From contig NC_058369.1 of assembly GCF_018350175.1 (NCBI RefSeq), positions 11,162,001-11,226,000 of the forward strand: 64,000 nucleotides of DNA, given 5' to 3'. The stretch's first letter is position 1. Every line of letters begins with the position of its first letter. A program made the position numbers and the translations under genes. Of the stretch, positions 38,150 through 54,760 are shown one piece after another. Origin of the DNA: Felis catus (lineage: Eukaryota). The notes under the pieces were generated by a model. The model had not been told where the DNA came from. It did not search any database and saw only the letters and a program-made list of their open reading frames with translations.

Positions 38150-39365
38150 TTTTTTTTAATGTTTATTTATTTTTGAGAGAGACAGAGAAACAGAGAATGA
38201 GCAGGGGAGGGGCAGAGAGAGGGAGGCAGAATCAGCAGCGGGCTCCAGGCTCTGAGCTGTCAGCACAGAGCCCAGTGCAGGACTCGAACTCAAGAACCTC
38301 AAGATCATGACCTGAGCCAAAGTCGGACGCTTGACTGAGCCACCCAGGCACCGCAACCCTGTCACTTTTGGGGGGCAGGAATTGGACTGGCTTTCCCCAC
38401 TGCATCCGCACTCTCTAATACACTGCCCAGCATACACGAGGGGCTTGATGAATATTTGAATTAATGAATGAAAGACTTTTTAAATCTATTTTTTACTCAA
38501 ATGGCTGAATCCCAAAGATACAATATTCAACAAAAGAAGCTAGACATAAAGTACACATGGTATGGTTCCATTTATATAAAGTTCTAGATTTCAAAAGCAA
38601 ATTTCTTTGAAGAACCAGATAGTAAATATTTTAGGTTTTGCGTGAAATGCAGTCTCTATCACAACTACTCAATTAGGCCAGTGTAGGGGCACCTGGGTCA
38701 TGATCAGGTCATGATCTCACAGTTTGTGAGTTCGAGCCCCGCATCGGGCTCTCTGCTGTCAGCACAGAGCCTGCTTCAAATCCTCTGTCCCCCTCTCTCT
38801 CTGCTCCTCCCTGCTGGCACTCTCTCTCTCTGTCAAAAATTTAAAAATATATATATTTTTTTAAAAAATTAGGGCATTAAAGAGGCACTCGTTGGGATGA
38901 GCACTGGGTGTCGTATGGAAACCAATTCGACAATAAATCATATTAAAAATATTAAATAAATAAGGGGATAATTTAATTTAAAAAATTAAAAATTAAAAAA
39001 AAATTAGGTCAGTGTAGCACAAAACAGCCAGAGACAACACGTACATGAATAAGTGCAGCTGTATTCCAATAAAGTTTTAGTTACAAAGAGAGGCAGCCAG
39101 TCCATAGGCTGTAGCTTATGGACATCTTAAGAAACAGGCAAGGGGCGCCTGGGTGGCTCAGTCAGTTAAGCATCCAACTCTTGGTTTCGGCTGAGGTCAT
39201 GATCTCACGGCTTCTTCATGGGTTCAAGCCCCACATCAAGCTCTGTGGTGGCAGTGCAGAGCCTGCTTGGGATTCTCTCCCTGCCCCTCCCCAACTTGTG
39301 CTGTCTCTGTCTCTCTCAAAATAAATAAACTTAAAAAAAAAAAAAGAAAAAAGAAAGAAAGAAAC
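38150..39365. mobile_element. SINEC(-) 38150-38352; MER58A-like ~38590-39125 interrupted by SINEC(+) 38686-38870 and an L1 tail 38872-39000; SINEC(+) 39142-39365
   Basis: TSD AATTAGG(C/T)CAGTGTAG; L1 tail GGGATGAGCACTGGGTG. Confidence 0.78.
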
Positions 39366-39935
39366 AGGCAAAACTAATCTGCAGGGCAGCTTAGAGGAGA
39401 AGATGGTAGGGGCGCCAGGAACATTTCTGGGATGATGGCAATATTCTATATTTTGATGAGGGTGGTGTTTAGATAAGTGGATATAACTTAAATAGCCTGC
39501 AAGTATCAAAGAAATGCGATATACTTCATTTTATAATGGTGGAAGAAGGGTTTGGGTGGGAGGAGGAGTTCAGATAGATGTTGGTGGGGGAGATACTCTG
39601 AGGACAGCGGAGGGCTCCTGGTACTAATTAGAGCAAAGGAGGAGAGACCCTGAGGCTAGGGGAGGGGATCAGCCCTGAATGTAGCTGGGGAGCAAAGGGC
39701 TGATACAGGAAGACTGTTGGTGTAGATATAGCCAGTGCGATCTCTCCTTTATAGATGGGCAGTGGATGGGGGGAGGGGCTTTCTTGGGGTGCCAGAGCAA
39801 AGCCAGGCACAGAACCCAAGAAGAGAATGACACCTAGGACAGGGAAGCTACCACCAGCCCCTACTGCTCTTCCCCTCTCCACCCTGGGATCACTGAAGGC
39901 TTCTGGACAGGGGAGGGGGTGCGGGGAGGGTCTGA

Positions 39936-40451
<516 letters not shown>

Positions 40452-40458
40452 TGATTAG

Positions 40459-41505
<1,047 letters not shown>

Positions 41506-41526
41506 TGAGCATTGGGTGTTGTATGT

Positions 41527-42397
<871 letters not shown>

Positions 42398-42543
42398 CAG
42401 GCGGGCCCTCTGCCCCGGCCGGCCATCCGGCGCGTTTCTGCCTGCCGGGGCCTGCGGAGCAGAGACTGGACGGCTCCGTGGCCCTCCCTCCCTGCCTCTC
42501 GCCTGACCTGCCTTCCCTCTAAGCATCCTCTAGCAGAACTATA

Positions 42544-42549
42544 ATTAAA
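42544..42549 (+). terminator. CCDC105: Probable CCDC105 polyadenylation signal ATTAAA
   Basis: First hexamer found after the stop, ~147 nt downstream. Confidence 0.7.
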
Positions 42550-45311
42550 AAGGACACTGATTACCACGTATGAGGCACCTACTGTATATCACTCACTTAC
42601 CCTACACCACCTGATGGGCAGTGTATGCTGGGAGTTAACAGGCTGGACTGGGGCTCCAGATTTCCGGGGCGAATTCGAATCGCAGCCCCCCAAACTCAAG
42701 CTGTGCGGCCTTGGGCAAGTCCCTGCCCCCCTCTCTGGCCTCAGTGTCTTCACCTGTAAAACGGAGAGGATTACAGCACCCATCTCAAAGGCTTGTAGGA
42801 AGGATAGATGAGTCCGTGTGTGATGCCTGTGAGAACGGTAACTGCCCAATGTTACCCCGCGGATAAGCGGACGAGCTGACATTGTAAGCCCTGATTCTAA
42901 AGCCTGCACTCTGAGCAAAATTTGGAGCTCCCCTCTGTCCTCCCCTCTTAGACGAATGCAGGCCCCCACACACACACTTGCTGCTGTTATTAACGCTACA
43001 CACACACACACACACGCACACACACAGGTATAGAATATAACTACCACAAAGAATGAGAATTCACTGTATTTGCAAAGGTGGAGGCAGGATACAGGAAAAC
43101 CTCAACGGACAGCAGGGGACCAAGGTGCTGGTAATTGTGGAGAGCCGCCTTTGCCACTCCTAAATCCGAAGGGACAAGGTAGTCGAAGGCAGCCAGCCTT
43201 ACAGTGCTGTCATGTGGATGCTGGGGACATAAATGCCCCCACCCACCTCTCTCCCTTGGCCAGGGTTCCCTACTGGTTGAAGCCAGTGAGAAAGGAAACC
43301 CATTGATGCGGTCCATATGTGCTCCGGGACACAGAGCTGCCGTCACCCCGCTGACTTTTGAGGCTCTTGCAGATCCTTCCTGGGGCTGGGAATTGTCCCT
43401 TTGGCTGCAGCTTTGTCCGTCCACGACACCCCAAAACCTTACATAGGGATGCAAGCATTGATTTGCATACAATGCCTCACACTCTGGGTTGCCATCTGCC
43501 ACCCTCATCCTTCCTGACACAGCCCCGGTTTGTCACCTCTGCTCACCCACTATTCCCCAACAGTGATTGCATAATCCCCTAGGTTGCCTCAGAACTGAGA
43601 TTTCAGCTGCTGCCGCAGGTCACATCATGGGCACCCGGCGAGGCTCTCAGGGACACTATAAGGGGGTCATCATCCCAAGCTAGAGATGAAGAAACAGATT
43701 CCAAGAAGGGGCAAGAGGTTAAGTCTGGACTTTAAAAAGTGTGGGGAGGGGCGCCTGGTCGGCTCAGTCGGTTGGGCGCCCGACTTTGGCTCAGGCCGTG
43801 ATCTCACGGCTCTCGTGAGTTCAAGCCCCGCGTCGGGCTCTGTGCTGACAGCTCAGAGCCTGGAGCCCATTTCAGATTCTGTGTCTCCCTCTCTCTCTGC
43901 CCCTCCCCTGCTCCCGTTCTGTCCCTCCCTCTCAAAAATAAACATTAAAAAAAATTTTTTTTAAGTGTGGGGATGTGTCTACAAGGGGATATGCCACTGC
44001 CCAGAAGAAAGCTCCATATACCATCTGCCTGAGAACATCTACAGTGCCTGTCAATAATGCCACCTTGGGGGGCCACATTCCAGACCTCCAGAATCCGAAC
44101 CTCAGGGGGCAGAAGCTGGGGATGCGCTTTTCTAATGAGTTTCCCAGGGATGCCTGCGGCACACCAATGTTGGAAATGCACCCTCTCCCTCCTGCCAATT
44201 TCCCCGGGGCTGACTTCTGCATTGGCCACAGCAGACACTAATGGAGAGACCCATGAAAATGTTTTCACTTTAATTTCTTTTAAAGTCAGAAAAAAAAAAC
44301 GTATGAATGTAGAATGCATAACATTACATGTTATTTATACTATAGACAATAGTTTATAGTATATACCATATAATATATAACATTATAAATATTAAAATTA
44401 AAATGATTGAAACTATAAATCCAGTCTGGATTATGTCATCTTTATACCAATGCAGAGTTTTATTTCAAATTTTTTTTATTGTGGTAAAATACGCATAACA
44501 CAAAATGTACTGGCTTAACCGTTTTTAAGCGCCCAGCTCAGTGGCATTAAACACATTCCCATAGGGGCTCAGCCATCACCATCATCCATCTCCAGAACTT
44601 TTTTCATCTTGCAAAACCAAGACCCTGTCGCCATTACTGACTCCCTATCACCCCTCCCCCCGCCCCTAGCTCCCACCATCTACTTTGTCTCTAATTTTGA
44701 CTACTCTGGGAACTTCACATAAGTTACACCAATGCTGTTGTCAAATAATTCTTGAAGTTTCTTTTTATGAGGGGAGGGGCCCCCGGATGAAAGTGCCTCA
44801 GATCCACGAAAGCCTTTCAACCTCTCCCTTAGATATCAGGCACATCCCCGTGTCACTCAGTCGAGGTAATTCAGTAGCATCAACTGAGGCCAGGATTCCG
44901 CTGAGCCCTGGGAGATGTATTGTGCAATCAAACACGCTGTTGAGTTTCCTCCTAATAATTTTTTTTTAAGTTTATTTTTATTAGTATATCCACACTCAAT
45001 GTGGAGCCCAAACTCATGACCCCGAGATCAAGAGTCACATGCTTTTCTGACTGGGCCGGCGGGGTGCCCTCCTCCTGATAATTTTAAAATCTGTCTTTCT
45101 CCATCCCCTGCCCCATACACTCCTCCACTTCTAGTCCAAGGCATCATCATTTCTTGCCTGGAAGTTTCTGACAACTTCCTCACTGGTCCTGCTCATGCTG
45201 TCTTCTCTGGAATGCACAAACTATATCTCAGCCAGTATGGGCATTCTAGTCTCCAGAGCACATCATGGCCTGTGGCCACCACCACGCACGGCTCCTAGAA
45301 CACAGTCCTAC

Positions 45312-46298
45312 TGTCTTCATCCACTCAGGCTGCTATAACAAAATACCACACCTGGGGGGCTTATAAACAACAGGATTTTATTTCTCACAGTTCTGGAGGC
45401 TGGGAAGTCCAAGATCAAGGCACCAACATGGTCACATTCCCGGGAACCCCCTTCCTGGTTCACAGCTGGTTCCTTCTCACTACGTCCTCATGTGGTGGAA
45501 AGGGCAAGGGAGCTCTGTGGGGTCTCTTTTATAAGGACATTAATCCCATTTAGGAGGGCTCCAATCTCAGGACCCAATCACCTCCCAGAGGCCCCACCTC
45601 CTAATGCCACTATCATTGGGGGTTTGGAGGTCCACATATGAGTTCTGGGGGGACACAACCATTCAGACCACATCCATCTGACCTCACTGCCTGATCCCTA
45701 TCCTACTCTACCGCCTTCTCAGGCAACTCTCCCCCACCACGCCCCACCCTTTGCTTCCAGTGTTTTTCAGTTCCGCCATTTTTATTTCTGTATCGGTTCA
45801 TTGTTGCTGCTATAACAAAGCACCACAAACTTAGAGGCTTAAAACAATGCAAATTTGGATCTTACAGTTTCGTAAGTCAGAAGTCCAAACTGGATTTTAC
45901 TTGGCCAAAGCCAAGGTGTCAGCAAGGCCACAATTCCTCTGGAGGCTCTAGGGGACAACCCATTTCCTTGTCTTCTCCAGCTTCTAGGGGCACCTGCATC
46001 CTTGGCTTGTGGCTCTTCCTCCATATCCTCAGCCAGTAGCAGCATCTTTAAATCTCCCTCTGATTGACTCCTTACTTGTGTCATCACATCTCCCTCTGAC
46101 CCTGACCCTCTTGGCTGCTGCTTATAAGGAGCCCTGTGATTACGTTGGACCCACCCAGATAATCCAGAATTATCTCCCAATCTCAAAATTCTTGGTGCAT
46201 CTGCAGGGTCCGTTTTGCCATGTAAGGTAACATGCACAGGTTCCAGGGATTTGGACATGGACATCTTTGGGGGTAAGAGGGGGGCACTATTTGGCCTA
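45312..46298 (-). mobile_element. Two MaLR LTRs: MLT1A-like 45312-45672 and MLT1D-like 45789-46298
   Basis: GCTGCTATAACAAA ends; GGAGGCTCTAGGGGA and CCCACCCAGATAATCCAG motifs. Confidence 0.72.
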
Positions 46299-48399
46299 TC
46301 AGTTTCTTTCACAGACAAAACTTTCTTCTGTCTCTGAGCATTTGCACACGTTACTGCTTCTGCTTAGAAAATTCTCTCTTAAGTGTTGTATCAGCGAATG
46401 GAAGTTATACCATTCATGTTACACATACGTGCGAAGCATCTAGTTCATTGTTTAAGAACATTTGTTATAAAGATGTTTCTAGGAATGCTACTTGTGGGGC
46501 ACCTGGGTAGCTCAGTCAGCTGAGCATTCGACTTTTGATTTCCACTCAGGTCATGATCTCAAGGTTTGTGGGATCGAGCCCCAGTCAGGCTCCACACTGA
46601 TACCATGGAGGATGCTTGGAATTGTCTTTCTCCCTCTCTCTGCCCCTCCCCTGCTCACTTGCTCTCTCTCCCTCAAAATAAATGAATAACAATTTTTTAA
46701 AAAAGAAAGAATGCAACTTGCAAGCTGCACTGAGAGGAAATAAAGAAGAGAAAGTTATCTCCCTACCCTTTCTCCTGTGTAACATCTTCAGTTTCCCTGG
46801 CCCTATACACTAGGTCAAAGCCCCAGCCACACATGCCCATGGTACCCTGCACTTTTCCTTCATAATCCTCGAATCCTTTGTGTGTGACAGTCTAGTGACC
46901 GTAAGCTCCCTGAGGGTACTGCTTTAGTGTGGTGCTCTAGAAGCAGACCTCAAAGCAAGAATTCAAGTGTGAGAAGATTATCAAGAAGGTGATCCCAAGA
47001 AGCCCTAGGTTAGAAGCAGGGCAGTGATGCAGGGAGAGAAAGCAGCCAGTAACAGGTGTCAAATAAGCTACCACCATGAGCAACGGAGGCTCAGTCCTGC
47101 TGGGGACCTCTCAGAAATCATGGAGACCATGCGTCTCCATTACTCCAATCAAGGGGCAAGGGAGCTGGTGCTTATCCACCACCCCTAGTCAATCATTGAT
47201 TGAGGGCAGCTCTGGGAAGATGGGGAGACCCACCCAGCTTCAATGGTCAGAGATAGCCCTCAGGCATGGAATCACGGGCATTAGCAGTTGGGAAGGTCAG
47301 TGCAGTGTGCCTGGGAATGATGCCAGGAGGATTTGAGTGGGACACCCACAGCACCTGTTGCAAGGAGGGATCCTATCTGTCTGATTCCCTCTGTAGCCCC
47401 ACTACCTGGCACACAGCAAAAATGGGGGAAATATTTGTTACATGAACAGTGAACAAATCAATGGATTAACTTAAAGTTTGCAGAGTGTTTCTATGTGCCT
47501 TGCCTTACTGAAGGTTCAGTTTTAGAAATGGAAAGTTTCCAGGCACCTGGGTGGTTCCGTCGGTTGAGCATCCAACTCCTGATTTCCGCTCAGGTCATGA
47601 TCTCATAGTCTGTGAGTTTGAGCCCCACGTGGGGCTCTGTGCTGACAGCGTGGAGCCTGTCTGGGATTCTCTTTCTCTCTCTCTCTCTCCCTCTTTCTGC
47701 CTCTCTCTCTCTCTCTCTCTCTCTCAAAATAAATAAATAAACTTTTTAAAAAAAGAAAAAGAAATGGAAAGGTTCCTTGGTACTTCTCCAGCTCACCACA
47801 ACTTTGTTTCCTTATTCTCTTTCCAGTTTGCCTAGTAATTAGGAGACTGGCAGAGGAAGCTGGGAAGAGAGGAAAACCTGGTCGCAATCCTTCCTAGCTG
47901 TGTCCTCTTAGGCAATCTGCCTAACCCCTTTGAGTTTCCATTTTCTCACCTGTAAAACTGTAGATAATAGAAGCACTCTCTCACCAGGCTGCTATGAGGA
48001 CTCATTGAGACAATATTGTATGCCATTCCTCCCCAGTGCTTGTTATATAGGAAGGTCTCCATAAATGGTGAAACTCAAGTTTTTTTTTATGGAGGTGAAA
48101 TTCGCATAACATAAAATTATCCATTTTAAGTGAACAACTCAGTGGCAATTGGTGAGCAGTGCTACGGAACCACCATCTGTATCTAATTCTAAAACATCCC
48201 CATCACCCCAAAAGGAGAGCCCATATCTATTAGCAATCATTCCTATTCTACTCTGCTTCTCAGAGATGTATAGCCATGGAAGGGGGAGAGACTTTGTGAA
48301 GTAGTGAGTCTCTTGACCCAGAAGCAATTAAACATGAGCTAGAATGTACCAGGGATGTTGTCGTGGAGAAGACTCACGTAGAACTAAAACAGTACCCTA

Positions 48400-48845
48400 T
48401 GGTCCATCAACTGATGAATGGATAAAGATATGGCATATATACAGTGGAATATTACTCAGCCATCAAAAAGAATGAAATCTTACCATTTGCAACAGCACGG
48501 ATGGTGCTGGAGTGTGCTGTGCTAAGCAAAATAAGTCAGAGAAAGACAAATACCGTACCATTTCACAAAAATGGGATATTTAAGAAACAAAACAGAGGAA
48601 CATATGGGAGGGGGAGAAAAAAGAGAGGGGGGAAACAAACCATTAGAGACTCTTAAAGATCGAGAACAAACTGAGGGTTGATGGAGGGAGAGGGGTGAAG
48701 GATGGACTAGATGGGTGATGGGAAGTAACCCTCGTGATGAGCACCGAGTGTTATATGTAAGTGGTGAATCACTAGATTCTACTCCTGAAACCAGTGTGAC
48801 ACTAGGTGTTAACCAACTAGAATTTCAATTAAAAAAATAAAAGTT
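48400..48845 (+). mobile_element. Carnivore L1 3' end
   Basis: ORF2 C-terminal remnant EYYSAIKKNEILPFAT followed by 3'UTR and A-tail. Confidence 0.85.
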
Positions 48846-49879
48846 AACCCCACAACAAAAGTATGGTTATTTTGTTCAGTATTCCATTGGTGGGGGGACA
48901 GAGTGGTTCCTCATTGTGGTTATATGTAGGGATCAGCACTGCAAAAATATCAGGAATACACTGTTTTCTTTTAAGGGGTCAGCAACATATGGTTGTAGCC
49001 ACTATCTATGTGTAAAAAATGACCTCAACACTCAGCGGTTTGAAACAACATATCTTAGTCTTCTGTTACAAGGTCTCTCACAAAGCCGAAGGCAAGATGT
49101 TAGCTGGGGCTGTGGTCTCCTCTGAAAGCTCTCCTGGGAGAGGCTCTGCTTCCAGACTGAACTCACCAAGTTGTAGAAAGATTCAGTCCCTCCCTCCCAG
49201 GCTGTTGGCCACATAGGTCTCCCCAACAGGGCAACTCATGGCATTAGAGTGTGAAAAATAAGGCACATGAGACAAGTCAGAGACAGCAAAAGTCGCAGTC
49301 TTTCTGTAACCTAATCTTAGAAATGACACCCCATCACTTCACCCATATTCTATTCATTAAAAGCAAGTCACTAGGTCCAGCCCACACTGGAGGTGAGCAA
49401 GCTACACGAGGAAGTGAATACCAAGAGGCAGGGAGTCTTGCCAGAGATGTCAGAAGGTGCCTACCGCAGGGCCCAATATTTAATCTATTTGAAGATTGTT
49501 AAGCAAAACCATTGAACAGTTTAAGAAAAGATAAGGTACAATTTGGGGGTGGTTTTCTCAGGATGCAAGGTGTTTTTCTGGCTATGACACGATGTACATA
49601 TTTAGCCATGATGGAAATTTGGATACGCTAAGGATAGATTGAAAGTTTCACTTTCCTCCTTCACTCTTCTTTTTGGAGAAATTTCCTTGTCCACTGTCTC
49701 CAGGATTTCTGGCTTTGCTTCAGTAAGGGTCTTCTTTGTCTATCTTTCTCCAAAAATACATTTTAGGTAGACATAAGAAATGGAACCTTGGGGAAGGAGG
49801 GTACAGATTTCAAAGTTTACTTCCTGCTAGTATCACCTTAGAGCCAGAGATGTTTGGGGATTTAAACAATCATAGGCTG

Positions 49880-50112
49880 GGGCGCCTGGGTGGCTCAGTC
49901 AGTTAAGCAGCCGACTTCGGCTCAGGTCATGATCTCGCGGTCCGTGAGTTCGAGCCCCGCATCGGGCTCTGTGCTGACAGCTCAGAGCCTGGAGCCTGTT
50001 TCAGATTCTGTGTCTCCCTCTCCTTGACCCTCCCCCGTTCATGCTTTGTCTCTCTCTGTCTCAAAAATAAATAAACATTAAAAAAATTTTTTTTTAATAA
50101 ATAAATAAATAA
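49880..50112 (+). mobile_element. SINEC with exact TSD TAAACAATCATAGGCT
   Basis: TSD at 49863-49878 and 50113-50128. Confidence 0.92.
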
Positions 50113-50794
50113 TAAACAATCATAGGCTGTTTGACACAAGCCACACATAATTTTTTTCAATAACAGGTTTCTCCCAAAAAATTAGTAGACTTTCAGTCCG
50201 TTTATTTCTGGTCAGTTCCATCTGTGATAAATAACTTAAGCCAACAAATTCATCCAAATATGCTCAATAGGCCTAAAGATTCTAGACGGCCTCTCTCATC
50301 AAACCCTCCTACAGCAGAGCCTTATCTCCTACATCCTCAGTGTTGGCAACAATCACCACTGTCTAGCTCCAAAACATTTGTCACCCCAAAATAAAACACT
50401 ATGACCATTAAGCAGTCACTCCCCAACACCCTCCCCCAGCCCCTGGCACTCTACTTTCTGCCTCTATGGATTGGCCTGTTGTGGACATTTCATGTAAAAG
50501 AAATCATACAATATGAGACCTGCTGTGTCTGGCTTCTTTCACTCGTCGTGTTTTCTCCTCTTTCTGCTTTTGCACATTCTGAGTCCATCTTGTTCTCACG
50601 GGCCTTTGCTGACAGCAGCGAGAAGCAGTCAACACACTACTCCAACATTCTAAATTTTAAAACAATTTCCTCTAGAGTTATAGGCTCTGCACACATTGTA
50701 ATTAACAGCCTTATCAAAAGTTTTATCACAGCAGAACATGAGTTACCAGCTTTTCAGCGTGTACCCATGTGTCCTCACCACTTCTTGATAGGCC

Positions 50795-51205
50795 AGAATT
50801 TCTCAGTGGTGGGACTGTTGACATTTTGGGCCAGATCATTCTTTTTTTAAGTGTGTTTATTTACTTTTTGAGAAAGAAAGAGAGAGAGGGAGGGAGAATC
50901 CCAAGCAAGCTCTGCACGGTTAGCACGGAACCCAATGTGGGGCTCAAACGCACAAACCGTGAGATCATGACCTGAGTCAAAGTGGGACACTTAACCAACT
51001 GAGCCACCCAGGTGCCCCTGGGCCAGATCATTCTTTGCATTATGGGGCTGCCCTGTGTTTTATAGGATATTTAGCAACATCCTTGGCTCAGTGGATGCCA
51101 GTAACATCTCCCTCCAACTCAAGACCATCTAAAATGTTTCCAGACTTTGCCAAATGTCCTTGGGGAAGGGACAGAATTATAGAATTGTCCCTGATTGAAA
51201 ATCAC
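50795..51205. mobile_element. MER20-like hAT element interrupted by SINEC(-) 50841-51018
   Basis: TTGACATTTTGGGCCAGAT...CCAGACTTTGCCAAATGTCC; TSD GGGCCAGATCATTCTTT. Confidence 0.75.
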
Positions 51206-52525
51206 TATGCTAAGCCCATGTCATATATTTGTAGTTCTGTTGCAGTAACATCCTTCTCCTGGTAATAAATTCTGTATTTGTTAGGGTACAGATGTGATTT
51301 TTAAAGCACATAAGCCCAGTACAACAGAGTAGCAAGGTAAAATTTCAGGTACGCAGTCCAAGACTGGAGGAAGGATGGCTGGGGGGCTTCGTGACTATCT
51401 TGCTATAGCTTTCACCTTGTGCCCCTCCTCACACCTGTGGCCAGCAGAAGGAAAGAGGGAAGAAGGAAAGGGTATGTTCCTCCCCTTTAAGGGTATGACC
51501 TAAAAGTCATACCTATGAGTCCTGTGCATTCCCATTGGCCACTGCTTACTCATATGGCCACGCTTAGCTGCAAGGGGGACTGGGCAATGTAATCCCTACA
51601 TTGGTGGCCATATAGCCAGCTCAGGTTTATGTTTCTCTGCACTCAGAATGGGGTATGTGTTTGGGGGAAACTTGAAGCTTTTGCAACACTCTCCGGCCAT
51701 CAACAAAGGTTTACCTGAAGGTGCAGCTCTTGAGGGAATGCTTGAAAGATGGAATAAACAGTTGAGTGATCAGAATAACCACAGGTGGTCTAGGAGTGAG
51801 CATCCCAGTCCTAACAAAGTTGTTACCCCGTGGAATTCTGTGGAAAATGGTGAAGAACTTTCTAGAACCTAGAAGGAGAGGAGAGGGAAAGGGTCCAATT
51901 GCCTCATTTTATGAAAGGAGATGCTAAGACCCAGAAAGGAGAAGCAATTAAATTTAGGTCTCAAATTGAGCTTGTAGCAGGTTTGGGCTAGAACTGAGGT
52001 CCCCTGGATCCCTGCTCAGAGATCTCTTCAAATCCCCATTCATTCTCTAGAGCTGTGGTCTGAGGAATTAAACCAGGAGGCTATGGCTTTGACATGTATG
52101 AAGGAGGACACCACTAGATCCTTGAAAAGGAAGATCTAAGCTGAGGATGATTTGAGGAATCCAGAGAGGCCAATGTGGCGATAGAACAATATTTTGGCAA
52201 ATGAAACGTAAGTAGAAGTGATACACACAATATCCCTCGTTCCCTTAAAAGAAAGGAACGTGCTCTCCCCTTCCCCTTTTCTCTTTCCAACAAACTGGAA
52301 GGTAGGATGTGATGATGGGAGCGGGAGCAGCCATTTTGGGCCACAAGACCAAGGCTGCATATTGAGGGAAGCAGAGCAGCACAATAGAGTGAGTTTGGCT
52401 CCCTGGTTGCTGAGTTTCCATTCCAGCTCTGAACCATCTACTTCTATTTTTACCTAAAAGAAATAAAATGGCCTTTTATTTCTTAAGCCAATTACAACAA
52501 CCACACTTTTTTCTAAATACATTTT

Positions 52526-52574
<49 letters not shown>

Positions 52575-53010
52575 CTTTTGGTTCCCACTTTGTGTTAGAA
52601 TGAGAAGCCCAAGGCCCCCTATGTCTCCTTCTTCCAGAGACATAACCCTCCACCACTGAGCAGCTATCTGCTCCCACCTCCCCCAGTTCATCACTTGCTT
52701 ACCAACTCAACCCTTATGTCCCTGAAAATCATCATATCTCTAGCATGAGGTTTAATGATCCTGTTTTCTGGGGTAAGCTCTGAGTGTCAGGTGGCCAGGA
52801 AAAAGCAGGCTCATCTTGCTCTGAGAGGCCCCTGCGTAATTCTCCAGCCTTACCCTTCTTCCTTCTATGCTGCAAAAAGTAGTGAAGAACGTGGATGCTG
52901 GAATCAGATACCAGTTCAAACCCTGGTGCAGCCAAGGATTCACTGAGAAACCTGGGCCAACTTACTTAACCTCTCCATGTCTCAGTTTCCCCAACATGAA
53001 ATGTGGTCAT

Positions 53011-54760
53011 GGGGCTCCTGGATGCTCAGTCGGTTAAGCATCCAACACTTGATCTCCACTCAGATCTTCATCTCAAGGGCTGTGAATTCAAGACCCACGT
53101 TAGGGTCCATGCTGGACATGAAATCTACTTAAAAAATACATACATGCATACACACATTGGTCATAGTAAATAGTTCTTTCTTCACTGGGCTATGAGAATT
53201 AAAAGAGATGCTATATTGGGGCACCTGGGTGGCTCAGTCAGTTAAGCCTCCGACTTCAGCTCAGGCCATGATCTCCTGGTCTGTGGGCTCAAGCCCCGCG
53301 TCGGACTCTGTGCTGACAGCTCAGAGCCTGGAACCTGCTTTGGATGCCGTGTCTCCCTCTCTCTCTCTCTCTCTGTCCCTCCCCACCTCATGCTCTCTTT
53401 CTCAAAAATAAATAAACATTTTAAATTTTTTTAAATATTTATTTTAAAAAAGAGACGATATATTTAAAGTGCTGAGGACAGTACCTGGCACACAGTGAGC
53501 ACTCCATAAACAGACAGGACAAATTCTGACCTGAGTTATTAGAAGCATGATAATAGAGGACAGGAGCAAGCTGTGATGGTACCTAAAACTAAGGAGATCT
53601 TACCTACAGGAGAGAAGTCAGGTCAAGCAAGGCTGCCCTAAAGAAGCTGACATTAAAGCTGGCACCTGAAATATGAACAAGAATCAATCATATTTAAAAA
53701 GAAAAAAGGGGGGCGCCTGGGTGGCGCAGTCGGTTGAGCGTCCGACTTCAGCTCAGGTCACGATCTCACGGTCCGCGAGTTCGAGCCCCGCATCGGGCTC
53801 TGGGCTGATGGCCCAGAGCCTGGAGCCTCCTTCCGATTCTGTGTCTCCCTCTCTCTCTGCTCCTCCCCCGTTCATGCTCTGTCTCTGTCTCAAAAATAAA
53901 TAAATAAACATTAAAAAAAATTTTTTAATAAAAAAAAATAAAAAGAAAAAAGGAAAGTAAGAAAGAATGTTTTAGAATGAATGAACAGTCTGGGCAAAGG
54001 TCCTGGGGCAAGAAAGAAAGTATATGAAAGTCTATCAACAAAGATCTTTCATATATATGAAAGTATATATGGTATAACCACGCTGGAGAACAGTATGGAG
54101 GTTCCTCACAAAACAGAACTACCATGCAATCCAACAATTCCACTTTCGTTACCTGAAGAAAAGGAAAACACTAGTAAAAAAAGATACATGTGCCCCTCAC
54201 ATTCATTGCAGTACTATTTACAATAGCCAAGATATGGAAGCAGCCTAAGTGTGTATCTATAGAGGAGTGGGTATAGAAAATGTGGTATATACACGTGCAA
54301 ACAAAAGAATATTACCCAGCCATAGAAAAAGAATGGAATCTTGCCATTTGTGACAATATGGATGGCCCCAGCGGGTATTATCCTGAGGGAAATAAATCAG
54401 AAAGAGAAAGGCAAACACCGTATCATTTCAGTTATGTGTGGAAGCTAAAAAACAAGACAAATGAACAAACAAAACCGAACAGAAACAGATTCATAAATGC
54501 AGAGAACTGGTGGCTGCCACAGGAGAGAAGGATAAGGGAGAGAGGTGAAATAGGTAAAGGGATTAAGAGGTGCAAACTTCCAATCATAAAATAAATAAGC
54601 CACAGGGATATCATGTATGGAATATAGTCAATAATATTGAAATAACTGTGTAGTGACAAATGGTAACTAATCCTATCATAGCGATAATTTCGTCGTGTAC
54701 ACAAATATCAAATCACTATGTGGTATATCTGAAACTAACATTATATTGCATATAGAAAAA
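53011..54760 (+). mobile_element. Three SINECs (starts ~53011, 53218, 53708) and an L1MA-like 3' end (~54070-54760)
   Basis: SINE heads and tails; L1 remnants LENSMEVP and MWYIH...EYYPAI. Confidence 0.8.

Noticed and set aside
39001..39011. Consensus-matching RORE AAATTAGGTCA
   Set aside because: Arises at a retroelement tail/TSD junction in a CCDC105 intron; most likely incidental
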